A program made the position numbers and the translations under genes. DNA of 64,000 nt from Candidatus Latescibacterota bacterium (GTDB taxonomy: Bacteria; Latescibacterota; UBA2968; UBA8231): assembly GCA_965261395.1 (NCBI GenBank), contig OZ253462.1:3232001-3296000 (forward strand), read 5' to 3'. Positions 55,362 through 64,000 of this stretch are shown piece by piece. Position 1 is the stretch's first letter, and every line of letters starts with the position of its first letter. Under the pieces are notes generated by a model. That model saw only the letters and a program-made list of their open reading frames with translations, did not search any database and was not told the DNA's origin.

Positions 55362-56843
55362 GTGCACGGCAATAATCTCTACGACCCTGGTTTGCACCTA
55401 TTTCTCGACGACGTGGAAGTACAAGATCATCCCGGCTTTGTGCGCAAGGTGCAGCGGCCTGAGCGCGTGCAGACGGAGCCGGTATTAAAACCCGACCGAC
55501 CCTGGGAGGGGAAAGCCGTGCAATTGTGGGGCTCGGTGCTCTACGACGACGATGAAAACCGCTTCAAGATGTGGTATTATTCGATCAATAGCGACCTGTA
55601 CGAGCGCACCGGCCACGGTCACTTTATGTGTTACGCCACCTCGAAAGACGGCATCGCGTGGGAAAAGCCGGAACTGGGGATCGTGGCCTGCGGAGGATCC
55701 CGCGCCAACAATATCGTCTATCCGCCGCCGGGTGTTCAGTACGGCATGGATCCGTGGGGCGTGGTCAAAGACCCGCAGGAGCAAGATCCGTCCAAACAGT
55801 ATAAGATGGGTATGTACCAACAGCGCCCCACCGCGGACGCTCCGCAGGAAACGCCCGCTATGGACCGCCAAGCGCGCAATGCTCTACGCAAAGTGCTTTT
55901 CGATAAAATCCGCGATCACCACGGCATGTACGCGGCCTTCTCGCCAGACGGCATTCACTGGCGGCTGGGCGACCGCAATTACGTCCCCCGCTCCGGCGAT
56001 GCCGGCGCGCTGGTGTACGATCCCATGCAGCGGCGCTACCTAGCGGTTTCGCGCCGTTATGAAACGCTGATGGACCACTTCGTGCTCGAGTGGAAGCAGT
56101 ACCGCCGCGTCATTGCCCTGTCCAGCAGCGATGATTTCGTCGATTGGACGCCCCTGAGAACCATTATTAAACCGGACGATTTCGACGATCCCCGCGATCA
56201 GCTATACGTGATGACGCCCTTTGTCTATGGCAGCCAGTACATTGGTTTTATCGGCATGCTGCACTCGGCCACGGAGTTGGGCCCGGTCCAACTGGCTACA
56301 GCTCGGCATCTGGACCACTGGCAGCGGGTGGGCCGCCGCGAGGAGTTTTTGCCGGTCGGCTCGCCGGGGACTTGGGACGGGGCCTGGTCCTCTCTGTCGT
56401 CCAACCCTCCCGCTCTTGTGGGAGACACGCTGTACATGTGGTATTCGGGCCGTCCCCAGGCCCACGGCACCGAGGGTAATTTTACCAGCTCGATCGGCCT
56501 AGCGACCCTGCGCAAGGATCGTTTTGTGGCGCTGCGCTGCGGCATCCGGGGCGGCGAATTGATGCCCGAACCCATTGCAGTCAGCGGTCCTAGGCTCGGG
56601 GTCAATGCCACCTGTTTATTCGGGCACCTGCAACTGCGCGTCATCGCGGATGCCTCCGTGCCAGAGGGCTTTGACTTCGACTCGTGCAATGGGTTGGCAC
56701 AGGGCGACGAGACGGATTGCGAGATTACTTGGGGACAGGAGCGGCGCGATCTGACGCCTTTTGTCGGCCGGAATATCCGCTTGCAGTTTCGCGCTGACAA
56801 TGCTACTAGCCTGTACGCCTATCGAACCGGGGATAGGTCATAA
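55362..56843 (+). CDS. Beta-propeller glycoside hydrolase-like protein (GH32/43/130 clan-like)
   Basis: PVLKPDRPWE, FKMWY, YATSKDGIAWEKP, SPDGIHW, GLATLRKDRFV; GTG start after GGAG. Confidence 0.7.
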   Translation: MHGNNLYDPGLHLFLDDVEVQDHPGFVRKVQRPERVQTEPVLKPDRPWEGKAVQLWGSVLYDDDENRFKMWYYSINSDLYERTGHGHFMCYATSKDGIAWEKPELGIVACGGSRANNIVYPPPGVQYGMDPWGVVKDPQEQDPSKQYKMGMYQQRPTADAPQETPAMDRQARNALRKVLFDKIRDHHGMYAAFSPDGIHWRLGDRNYVPRSGDAGALVYDPMQRRYLAVSRRYETLMDHFVLEWKQYRRVIALSSSDDFVDWTPLRTIIKPDDFDDPRDQLYVMTPFVYGSQYIGFIGMLHSATELGPVQLATARHLDHWQRVGRREEFLPVGSPGTWDGAWSSLSSNPPALVGDTLYMWYSGRPQAHGTEGNFTSSIGLATLRKDRFVALRCGIRGGELMPEPIAVSGPRLGVNATCLFGHLQLRVIADASVPEGFDFDSCNGLAQGDETDCEITWGQERRDLTPFVGRNIRLQFRADNATSLYAYRTGDRS

Positions 56844-56888
56844 AACCGTGGTACCCACTTCAGTTATTGCCCTTCGAAAGGAAACCCC

Positions 56889-57632
56889 ATGCGCTATCTC
56901 ATCGCCATCCTTTGCCTAGCCTCCGCATCCGCCGCTCCCGCCGAGGATGCCCTGCCACACCACACCATCCTCCGCGCCGCCGGCCCTATCGCCGTGGACG
57001 GCCGCCTCGACGAGCCTTCCTGGGAGGCCGCCCAAGTTATCGATCAGTTCGTCTTCCCTTGGTGGACTGAAGGGGCCAAGGATCGCACTGAAGCCCGCTT
57101 GCTGTGGGACGACGTTCAGCTATACGTCGCCTTTACCGCACACGACCCGCACATTTCAGCCACCCTGACCGGGCGCGACAGCCCGGTGTCGCGCGACGAT
57201 TGCGTCGAGGTATTCATCGCCCCAGACACCAGCCAAGTCACCAGCTATTTCAACTTTGAATTCAACGCCTTGGGCACGATTCTGGACCGCTCACCGCGCG
57301 ACAAGCGTTCGTCCACGTGGAACGGCGAGGGCGTGCAGGTGGCCATCGACATCCAAGGTACGCTCAACCAAGAGACGGATCAGGACACGCTCTGGACCGC
57401 TGAGATCGCCCTTCCCTTTGCCGTCTTCGATCCATACGCTCCCCGCCTACCCCCGACCGCCGGCGATGTGTGGCGCCTCAACCTGTACCGCACGGGCGGC
57501 GCGGTTAATCTGCAATACATCACTTGGTCCAATACCCTGACGCCCAGGCCGAAATTCCACGTGCCTCAGCGCTTTGGGGTGGTTCATTTCGACGGCCGGC
57601 CGGTACTGAGCCTACAAGACGAAGCCGAGTAG
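56889..57632 (+). CDS. Secreted CBM9-like carbohydrate-binding protein
   Basis: Signal peptide; VDGRLDEPSW, LLWDD..LYVAF, DDCVEVFI, WTAEIALPF, WRLNLYR, FHVPQRFG. Confidence 0.85.
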   Translation: MRYLIAILCLASASAAPAEDALPHHTILRAAGPIAVDGRLDEPSWEAAQVIDQFVFPWWTEGAKDRTEARLLWDDVQLYVAFTAHDPHISATLTGRDSPVSRDDCVEVFIAPDTSQVTSYFNFEFNALGTILDRSPRDKRSSTWNGEGVQVAIDIQGTLNQETDQDTLWTAEIALPFAVFDPYAPRLPPTAGDVWRLNLYRTGGAVNLQYITWSNTLTPRPKFHVPQRFGVVHFDGRPVLSLQDEAE

Positions 57633-57661
57633 GAAGACGCGGCTAGCCACGCCTTCAGCAA

Positions 57662-59413
57662 ATGGTTGGGCTTCTAGTGATCTATTGCGTCCTACTGCTC
57701 GCGCTGTTTGCGTCCTGCGAATCCGCAAAAGAAGCGCCGCTGGTCCTCTACGAGAGTCCGCATGGGCTGGTGGTGTTGAAGGCAGCGCGGGTCGATTTCG
57801 CGGAAGAAGGCGAAGAGGTGGCTGCGGCGCGGGCGCACTTTGCTGAGGGCGAAGAACATCTCGACGCGGGACGTTGCGGTGCTGCGGCTGCGAGCTATTT
57901 GCAGGCCGTTGCGAGGCGACCGTCGCCGGCGGTCTGGCTCAATGCGGGAGTCGCGCTGCTGTGCGATGGCGAGTATGAAAGGGCCGAAGAGGCGCTGGCC
58001 AAGGGGCTGGAACTTTCTAAGGCTGCGGCGCGAGAAGATGTTCAAGCCGCTTTGCTGGGCAATCTGGGCCAAGCCTATCAGCGCTTGGGGCGTCTCGACT
58101 CAGCGCTGGTCTCCTACCAAGGTGCGATGGCGCTGCACCGGCAGAACGGCTTTGCCGCTGGCGAGGCCCAAGCGCTGGGCGATCTGGGCGCGGCCTATTT
58201 CATGCAGGGCGATCCAGAGCAGGCGCTCGGTTTCTTAAAGCAGGCCCGGGATGGGCACCGGCGGATCGGCGATCGCCTCGGGCTGGCGCGAGACCTCGAC
58301 CGCATCGGCACGGTTTACTTCGTTCGGGACGCGGCGGATTCGGCACTGTCCACCTTCGTGGAGGCACTCGCGCTCTACCGGGATGAGAGGTATCTGCGCG
58401 GGCAAGCCGGCGGCCTGACGAATATCGGCAATATCCACCTAGACGAGGGCAGGCTCGATTCGGCGCACTTTTATTTTTCTGAAGGCCTGGCCGTCCTCGA
58501 GCGTCTAGCCGACGACGCGGCCCGCGCAACCCAGCTAGCGCGGATTGGACAAATCTACCAGCAGCAGGACGATCTAGAGGCGGCGTTGGTTGCCTACCGC
58601 GAGGCGCTTTCTATACATCAGGCGCAAGAGAAGGTGGATAACCAAGCCGAGACGCTCGACCGCATGGCGCGCATTTTTTTTCAGCAGGGTCGCTTGGATT
58701 CGGCGCTGTCTGCCTACCAGTCGGCGCTATCGCTCTACCGACGCTACGATAGCCATCCCGGTAAGCGGGCGCAGGCACTGGACCACATTGGCGATGTGCA
58801 GCTATACCAGGGCCGTCTGGATTCGGCGCTGTCTGCCTTTGAAGCGGCGATGAAGATGTACGTCGCCCACGGCCATCCGCGCGGTCGAGCCGTCCAGTCG
58901 AGCAAGATCGGTCAAGTGCTGCAAAAGCAGGGTCGTCTAGACGAGGCGATAAAAGCCCATCGCGCGGCCTTGGCACTGTACCGAGAATTCGATCTCTACG
59001 CCGAGGGAGCAACCCAGCTCGACTACATCGGCCACCTCTACTTCCGCCAGGGCAAAATCGACGAGGCGCTCGCTTCCTTTGAAAACGCCCTGCACGTCTT
59101 CACGCAGGCGGGCAACCGCCAAGGCGAGGCGGCGCAACTAAGCAATATCGGCAATATCTACTTTGAGCAGGGGCGCTTGGACAAGGCGCTCAAGGCATTT
59201 GGCGACGCCCTGCACGTTTTTCAGTTGATCGGGCACCGGCAGGGAGAGGCGCAGAGCTTGGGCAATATCGGGTTGGTGTACCGCAAGAAGGGCGAGCGGA
59301 CGCGGGCGCTGGAGGCATTGCAACAGGCGCGTGCTGCGTATGTCGAGACCGGAGTGCGGAGCGAGGGACGGCGGATGGTGGAAGAGGCGATTTCGGCAAT
59401 CGAGGGGCGTTAG
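57662..59413 (+). CDS. TPR-repeat lipoprotein with ~40-aa repeats
   Basis: FASC lipobox; about 11 repeats of A..L..IG.IY..QGRLDSAL. Confidence 0.85.
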   Translation: MVGLLVIYCVLLLALFASCESAKEAPLVLYESPHGLVVLKAARVDFAEEGEEVAAARAHFAEGEEHLDAGRCGAAAASYLQAVARRPSPAVWLNAGVALLCDGEYERAEEALAKGLELSKAAAREDVQAALLGNLGQAYQRLGRLDSALVSYQGAMALHRQNGFAAGEAQALGDLGAAYFMQGDPEQALGFLKQARDGHRRIGDRLGLARDLDRIGTVYFVRDAADSALSTFVEALALYRDERYLRGQAGGLTNIGNIHLDEGRLDSAHFYFSEGLAVLERLADDAARATQLARIGQIYQQQDDLEAALVAYREALSIHQAQEKVDNQAETLDRMARIFFQQGRLDSALSAYQSALSLYRRYDSHPGKRAQALDHIGDVQLYQGRLDSALSAFEAAMKMYVAHGHPRGRAVQSSKIGQVLQKQGRLDEAIKAHRAALALYREFDLYAEGATQLDYIGHLYFRQGKIDEALASFENALHVFTQAGNRQGEAAQLSNIGNIYFEQGRLDKALKAFGDALHVFQLIGHRQGEAQSLGNIGLVYRKKGERTRALEALQQARAAYVETGVRSEGRRMVEEAISAIEGR

Positions 59414-59416
59414 CGG

Positions 59417-61579
59417 CTAATGGGCAGAGGAGAGGGAGAGGCGGTTGAGGTGGATCGGGATGGGAGCGGCGTCCCCTTCGCGGATGTGGAGAATCTGGTC
59501 CATGGCGAGGTTGTAAAAGCGCTGTTTTTGCCCTGTTGTCGGCCAAGTAACTTCCACAAAAAGAAGCGTATCGGCGCGGCCTAAACCGATCTCCTCTTGC
59601 AGGCTCGACGCGCCGAAGCTGCCGCCCGAGCCGACGGTAGCGTAGATGTCGCGGACGATGTCCTTTTCGCGGATGCGAGCTTGGATGCGGGTGCCGAAGG
59701 CATCTCTGTTGGACTGGACGCCTTGGAGGCGGAGGGTGAGCCAGTGATGGCCGTGGCCGGGATTTTCAAACAGGACATTCTGGTAAAAGTCGCCGTCATA
59801 GGCCCCGCCGAGGACGATGTAGATGTCTTGGTCGCCGTCGTTGTCGAGGTCGGCAAAGGAGATCCCGTGGCCTTTTTGGATGTGGCCGAAGCCGCCGGAG
59901 AAGGTCGCATCCAAAAAGTGCTGGCCGCCAGCGTTGCGCATCATGCGGTTGGGGAGCAATGAGCGCAGGTTGGGGTTGCCAGTGCCGATATAGCAGTCGA
60001 GGAAGCCGTCGTTGTCGAGGTCGCCGAAATTGGCTCCCATGGCCAAGATGATCCCGGCCATCCCGACCTGTGCCGTTATATCGGCAAAGGTGCCGTCGCC
60101 CCGGTTCTGGTAGAAGCGGGGCCTTGCTGCGGCTGAGGGTCGGCCCAGATAAACCGAGGCGATGTCGTCGGGGTCTTCGCTGTGGTAGCCGGCGGCGAAG
60201 AGGTCGAGGTCGCCGTCGTTGTCGTAGTCCCAAAACCAAGTGGGAAACGAGCCTTGCGGGTCGGCGACGCCAGCCGCTGCGGTCGCGTCGGCAAACGGTT
60301 CCCGGGGTCCCTCGTTGCGGTAGAGGACGTTGTCTTGGCCGAGGCGGGAGAGATAGAGGTCGGGATCGCCGTCGTCGTCGTAGTCGCCCCAGGTCACGCC
60401 TTTGACAAAGCCAATGTTGTCGATACCCCGCTCGGGTGCGACATCGGCGAAGGTGCCGTCGCCTTGGTTCTGGTAGAGCTGGCAGGGATGCCGCTCCCAA
60501 GCGTCGGATTCGTTGCCGATGTAGAGGTCGAGGTCGCCGTCGTTGTCGTAGTCGCTCCAAGCAGCCGAGTGGGTGGGGTGAAAGGCGAGCAAGCCGGCCG
60601 CTTCGGTCGCATCGGCGAAGGTGCCGCCGCTATTGCGCAATAGCGAGTTGGGGTGATGCCCCAGGTCAGCGAGCCAAGCTCCGCGCAATACGAGGATGTC
60701 GCGGTTGCCGTCGTTGTCGTAGTCGGCTTGGCAGATGTTGAGGCCGCCGACTTGGCCTGTGAGGCCAGCTTGCTCGGTGCGTTCGGCAAAGGTGCCGTCC
60801 CCGGCGTTGCGGAAGTAGCGAAGCTGGTCGTCCAGACCCCAAGAAGAGGCGACGATGTCGAGATAGCCGTCGTTGTCGAAATCATCGACGATACTGCCGC
60901 CGGACAGGGCGACCACGTCCAAACCCAAGCCCGGTGCCCGGTCCTCAAAGCGCCCGATAGCGCAGGAGTCGGTGAAGCAATCCGGGGGCACGATCCATTC
61001 GGGTGGGACGGCGTGGGGATACTGACCGAGGGTCATATAGGCGATGTTGAGCAACCAGCGGGCGCTCAGGTTATCTGGGTCTGCGCGGAGGGCCGCTGCG
61101 TACTGTTCGAGGGCGGCCTGCGAACCTTCTTGCAGGGTGTGGATTCCCTCGCCTTGGATGGGCAGCAGACAAGAGGCGATGGTGTGGTTGAGGAGGCAGT
61201 TTTCCTGCTCGCCGAGGCGCAGGTAGGCGATGCCCAGCCGGTCGCGGACTCGAGTTCGAAGAGCGGGGGGCAGGTCTTGTGCTTGTAGTATGTCCAGTTC
61301 GGCGATGGCCTCGCGCGTCTGGCCGGCGCGCAGAAGCTGGATGGCCAATTCGAGGCGCAGCGCCTGTTGACGGTCGTGGCTTTGCGCTTTGGCTACCTGC
61401 TCACGCAAATAGGCGGCGCTGGCGGCGTTCATGTTTAGGGTATTGAGATTGGCGGGGACTTGGGCGAGGACTTCGCTGGCGATCTGCCGCAGACGAGCGA
61501 CCATGCGCTCGGAAGCGGATTGCTGGGCTTGGGAGGCCGCTGGGCAGAGCGTGAGGAGGATGGAGACGATCAATAGCAT
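59417..61579 (-). CDS. CRTAC1-family FG-GAP/ASPIC-UnbV protein with N-terminal helical/TPR region
   Basis: Signal peptide from MLLIVSILL, YLRLGEQENC, DYDNDGDLD repeats, GHIQKGHG, ASPIC tail. Confidence 0.9.
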   Translation of the reverse strand: MLLIVSILLTLCPAASQAQQSASERMVARLRQIASEVLAQVPANLNTLNMNAASAAYLREQVAKAQSHDRQQALRLELAIQLLRAGQTREAIAELDILQAQDLPPALRTRVRDRLGIAYLRLGEQENCLLNHTIASCLLPIQGEGIHTLQEGSQAALEQYAAALRADPDNLSARWLLNIAYMTLGQYPHAVPPEWIVPPDCFTDSCAIGRFEDRAPGLGLDVVALSGGSIVDDFDNDGYLDIVASSWGLDDQLRYFRNAGDGTFAERTEQAGLTGQVGGLNICQADYDNDGNRDILVLRGAWLADLGHHPNSLLRNSGGTFADATEAAGLLAFHPTHSAAWSDYDNDGDLDLYIGNESDAWERHPCQLYQNQGDGTFADVAPERGIDNIGFVKGVTWGDYDDDGDPDLYLSRLGQDNVLYRNEGPREPFADATAAAGVADPQGSFPTWFWDYDNDGDLDLFAAGYHSEDPDDIASVYLGRPSAAARPRFYQNRGDGTFADITAQVGMAGIILAMGANFGDLDNDGFLDCYIGTGNPNLRSLLPNRMMRNAGGQHFLDATFSGGFGHIQKGHGISFADLDNDGDQDIYIVLGGAYDGDFYQNVLFENPGHGHHWLTLRLQGVQSNRDAFGTRIQARIREKDIVRDIYATVGSGGSFGASSLQEEIGLGRADTLLFVEVTWPTTGQKQRFYNLAMDQILHIREGDAAPIPIHLNRLSLSSAH

Positions 61580-61748
61580 AATTTTGGGGATGCCAACGCA
61601 TCGTCTAGGCCGCGACGCTGCGCTAAAAATACATTGACAACATAAGAGCCATTTGTTAGTAAAAAGATAATGCGATTCAAAGAGCGCTTCGAATATGGGC
61701 GCGATAATTTTATCGAAGCAACCCCCATTTAGGAAAGGGAGACAAGGC

Positions 61749-62696
61749 ATGAGGAAACTATTGACGCTGAGTGCGGCCGTATCGCTTTTGGGGCTGAGCT
61801 CGCCTTCTTTTGCGCACGTGCCCGAGGGACTGATCTTGGGCGTCTGGCAGTGGCCCACGTCGCATCTGCCGGTGATGGATGGCGATATTTCCGAGTGGGA
61901 CGTGGTGCCCGACAATTTGTGGCTCACGCCGTTCAGCGAGTTCAACGGCGAACTGCTGCACGTGGTGGTGGCCGGCGAGGTTGGGGCCGAGGTCAATACT
62001 GCGGACCTGAACTACCGCTGGACCTCGGGCTGGAACGACGAGTTGGACCGCCTCTACTTCGTCTATGACCGCTTCGACGATCTGTGGGATCGCGATGCCG
62101 GCGGCGTGGGTGGCGCTGGCGGCGACGACAGCTTTGAGATCAACCTCGACGCCAACCACGGCGGTGATGTCTCGTGGTTTGGTGCCGACGATTTCGACAC
62201 CGAGGAGGAAGTGCTGCGCAACCGGGGTCGCTTCAACCAGATGAGCCACTACCGCTGGCCGCCGCTGGAGCCGATCGGCTGGAACTGGCTTTGGGCCTCC
62301 AGTGCCACTTGGCACGACGTCGAACCCTATTCGTGCTGCGGCAACTCCTTCAATCTCAACGGCGCACACTCCACCGAGGCGACCTTCCAGGTCGAGTGGT
62401 GGACCGTGGGCTGGGACGACTTCGACCACGCATCGCCTGAAAACAGCGTCCAGCACGCCTTTAGCGAAAACGATATCGTCGGCTTGGGTATCGCGATCAT
62501 CGACAACGATGTGGGCACCGACCAAAGTACCGACCGCCGCTTTGCCGCTTGGCGCATGGGCGGTCAGCGCTGCGGCAACGGCGACGGCAAGTGCATCACC
62601 GACTTCATCCTGCTGCCGGCGCAAATGGAGCTTTTGCCAACCGCCGTCGAAAACGATAGCTGGGGCCACATCAAGGCTTCGTACATGCAGCAGTAG
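61749..62696 (+). CDS. Secreted CBM9/DOMON-like protein with C-terminal TAVE..SWGxIK motif
   Basis: Signal peptide, PVMDGDISEW, WND..DRLYF, DDSFEINLD, IIDND, PTAVENDSWGHIKASY. Confidence 0.7.
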   Translation: MRKLLTLSAAVSLLGLSSPSFAHVPEGLILGVWQWPTSHLPVMDGDISEWDVVPDNLWLTPFSEFNGELLHVVVAGEVGAEVNTADLNYRWTSGWNDELDRLYFVYDRFDDLWDRDAGGVGGAGGDDSFEINLDANHGGDVSWFGADDFDTEEEVLRNRGRFNQMSHYRWPPLEPIGWNWLWASSATWHDVEPYSCCGNSFNLNGAHSTEATFQVEWWTVGWDDFDHASPENSVQHAFSENDIVGLGIAIIDNDVGTDQSTDRRFAAWRMGGQRCGNGDGKCITDFILLPAQMELLPTAVENDSWGHIKASYMQQ

Positions 62697-62730
62697 CTGG
62701 CCCGGTAGTTTGCGGCGCGGGTTTAACTTG

Positions 62731-62769
62731 GGGAGGTGGATCGATTGCGATCTGCCTCCCTTGTTTTTT
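62731..62769 (+). terminator. Rho-independent terminator
   Basis: GGGAGGTGGATCG-ATTG-CGATCTGCCTCCC followed by TTGTTTTTT. Confidence 0.8.
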
Positions 62770-62774
62770 AGATC

Positions 62775-62800
62775 CGCAGATGGACGCAGATGGACGCAGA
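62775..62800 (+). repeat. Short tandem repeat (CGCAGATGGA) x2.6
   Basis: CGCAGATGGA CGCAGATGGA CGCAGA read directly from the sequence. Confidence 0.75.
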
Positions 62801-62857
62801 ATAGTAGAAACAAGACGATCCGCAGCTCGAATCGTTCAAGTCATTCAGGATTGCTAT

Positions 62858-64000
62858 ATGACGCGGAGAAAAATTCTTGCTCTGTTGGCGTTTTTCGCCT
62901 GTATCAGCGCGGTGTATGCCCTCGCCGAGCGGCAGGCGCGGCGGATGCAGACGACCGAGGCGGAGCTGAGTATCGACTGGGATGCGGTCGTCGATGACCC
63001 AGCGGAGCGGCTCGAGATCTCTTGGATGAGCATCCCGCGCTTTCCCACCGCGCGCGAGGGCACCTGGATCGAAAAGCGGCTCGAAGCGCGGTTCAACGTC
63101 GATTTCAAGCCGTTGTTTACCAGTCATTTTGCCTATATGCGACGTCGGCCGCTGGTCTTTGCCGGCGGCAATGTGCCCGATTTGTTCTACGCTGGCGATC
63201 CGGTCGTGGTGCAAAAGGACGCCCACCACGGCTATGCACTGCCCATTCCCTACGAGGTCATCCAAAAACACGCGCCCAACTACGTGCGCTATCTCAACCA
63301 GTACGCGCCCTCGACGTGGCTCTACGCCTACTGGAAAGGAGCCAACTACGGCATTCCCACTTGGGGCAGCAGCTTAGGCTATCCGGTGCCGGGGATCTGG
63401 AGAATGGACTGGCTGCGCAACGTCGGTATCGACAAGGTGCCGGAGACCCTCGACGAGATGTACGCGGCGCTGTGGAAATTTCGCCACGAGGACCCGGATG
63501 GCAATGGGGTACAGGACACCTACGGCATGTGTCCCAACGCGCAGGCTTGGTTCAATGTTTTCGGCGAGGTCTTCGGGGCCTACGGGATCGTACCGCACGG
63601 CTGGATGCTGCGCGACGGCGAGGTCGTGTGGGGAGGGACTCGGCCCGAGGTAAAGGAGATACTGGGACTTTTGCGCAAGTGGTACGACGACGGGCTGATC
63701 GATCCCGACTTTGCGATCGGCCAAATCAAGAGCAGCCCGATGCCCTATCAGAAATTCGTCAGCGGCAAGACGGGTTATCTCTTCGGCCAGGGTAGCTACG
63801 GCAGCTTTGACAAGTACAACAAGGCGTCGTTGGTGTCGGTCATTGCCGAGTTGCAGCCGGGGGCCGAGGTGGTGGTCGGGCCGTTTCCGGCCGGCCCGGA
63901 AGGCATCCGGGGAGGACGGGTATGGAGCACGGCCGCCCATGTTTTTGTCTTCGGCAAGCAGGTAGCCGCCGCGCCTGAGAAGGTCGTGCGGATGCTCAAA
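62858..64000 (+). CDS. ABC sugar-binding protein, family 1 (LplA-like), 3' partial
   Basis: Absent from the ORF track because it has no stop in the window. Hand translation gives MTRRKILALL..., GNVPDLF, YGIP, RMDWL..VG...PETLDE, DPDGNG..DTYG. Confidence 0.85.
   Translation, partial: MTRRKILALLAFFACISAVYALAERQARRMQTTEAELSIDWDAVVDDPAERLEISWMSIPRFPTAREGTWIEKRLEARFNVDFKPLFTSHFAYMRRRPLVFAGGNVPDLFYAGDPVVVQKDAHHGYALPIPYEVIQKHAPNYVRYLNQYAPSTWLYAYWKGANYGIPTWGSSLGYPVPGIWRMDWLRNVGIDKVPETLDEMYAALWKFRHEDPDGNGVQDTYGMCPNAQAWFNVFGEVFGAYGIVPHGWMLRDGEVVWGGTRPEVKEILGLLRKWYDDGLIDPDFAIGQIKSSPMPYQKFVSGKTGYLFGQGSYGSFDKYNKASLVSVIAELQPGAEVVVGPFPAGPEGIRGGRVWSTAAHVFVFGKQVAAAPEKVVRMLK

Larger units (their letters stand above)
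52692..55375 (+). pseudogene. Gfo/Idh/MocA oxidoreductase disrupted by an IS
   Basis: The 5' part (GVLGCGAIA) and 3' part (GKHVLIEKP) rejoin in frame as DLLSADIDAV when the IS and one target duplication are removed. Confidence 0.92.

Noticed and set aside
58680-58840. Near-identical repeats GGATTCGGCGCTGTCTGCCT about 120 bp apart
   Set aside because: Explained by tandem TPR coding repeats (GRLDSALSA).
61580-61996. 139-aa N-terminal extension of the 859-aa minus-strand ORF
   Set aside because: It overlaps the real divergent gene at 61749, and the signal peptide begins at 61579.

Overview
GC-rich bacterial genomic window. The gene repertoire (four FG-GAP/ASPIC-UnbV proteins, FlgD/CHU_C-tailed secreted proteins, DUF6785-like membrane proteins, an 'SWGxIK' C-terminal motif) suggests an FCB-group organism such as Ca. 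Latescibacterota; this is inference. From 1 to 28.5 kb: TPR and CRTAC1-like proteins, an Opp/Dpp-type ABC transporter, and a glycoside/sugar catabolism cluster (aldo-keto reductases, Gfo/Idh/MocA, GH116, NAD-dependent dehydrogenase, two DUF6785-like transporters). From 29.8 to 44.9 kb: a co-oriented cluster of three paralogous secreted proteins with FTPNGDxxND/FlgD-like tails, two ~930-960 aa paralogous putative outer-membrane proteins and a PpiC-type foldase. This is the best candidate for an undescribed surface/secretion system, and it has a toxin-antitoxin insert in the middle. From 45 to 52.6 kb: a defence/TA hotspot in which a decayed second copy of the same scaffold carries an ABC-type ATPase plus an unknown partner gene. 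An ISKra4-family IS (52889-54466, 8-bp target duplication) disrupts an oxidoreductase. The remainder holds carbohydrate-active, TPR and secreted proteins and a partial solute-binding protein. I saw no rRNA, tRNA or CRISPR array. All family calls are by eye, without database searches.
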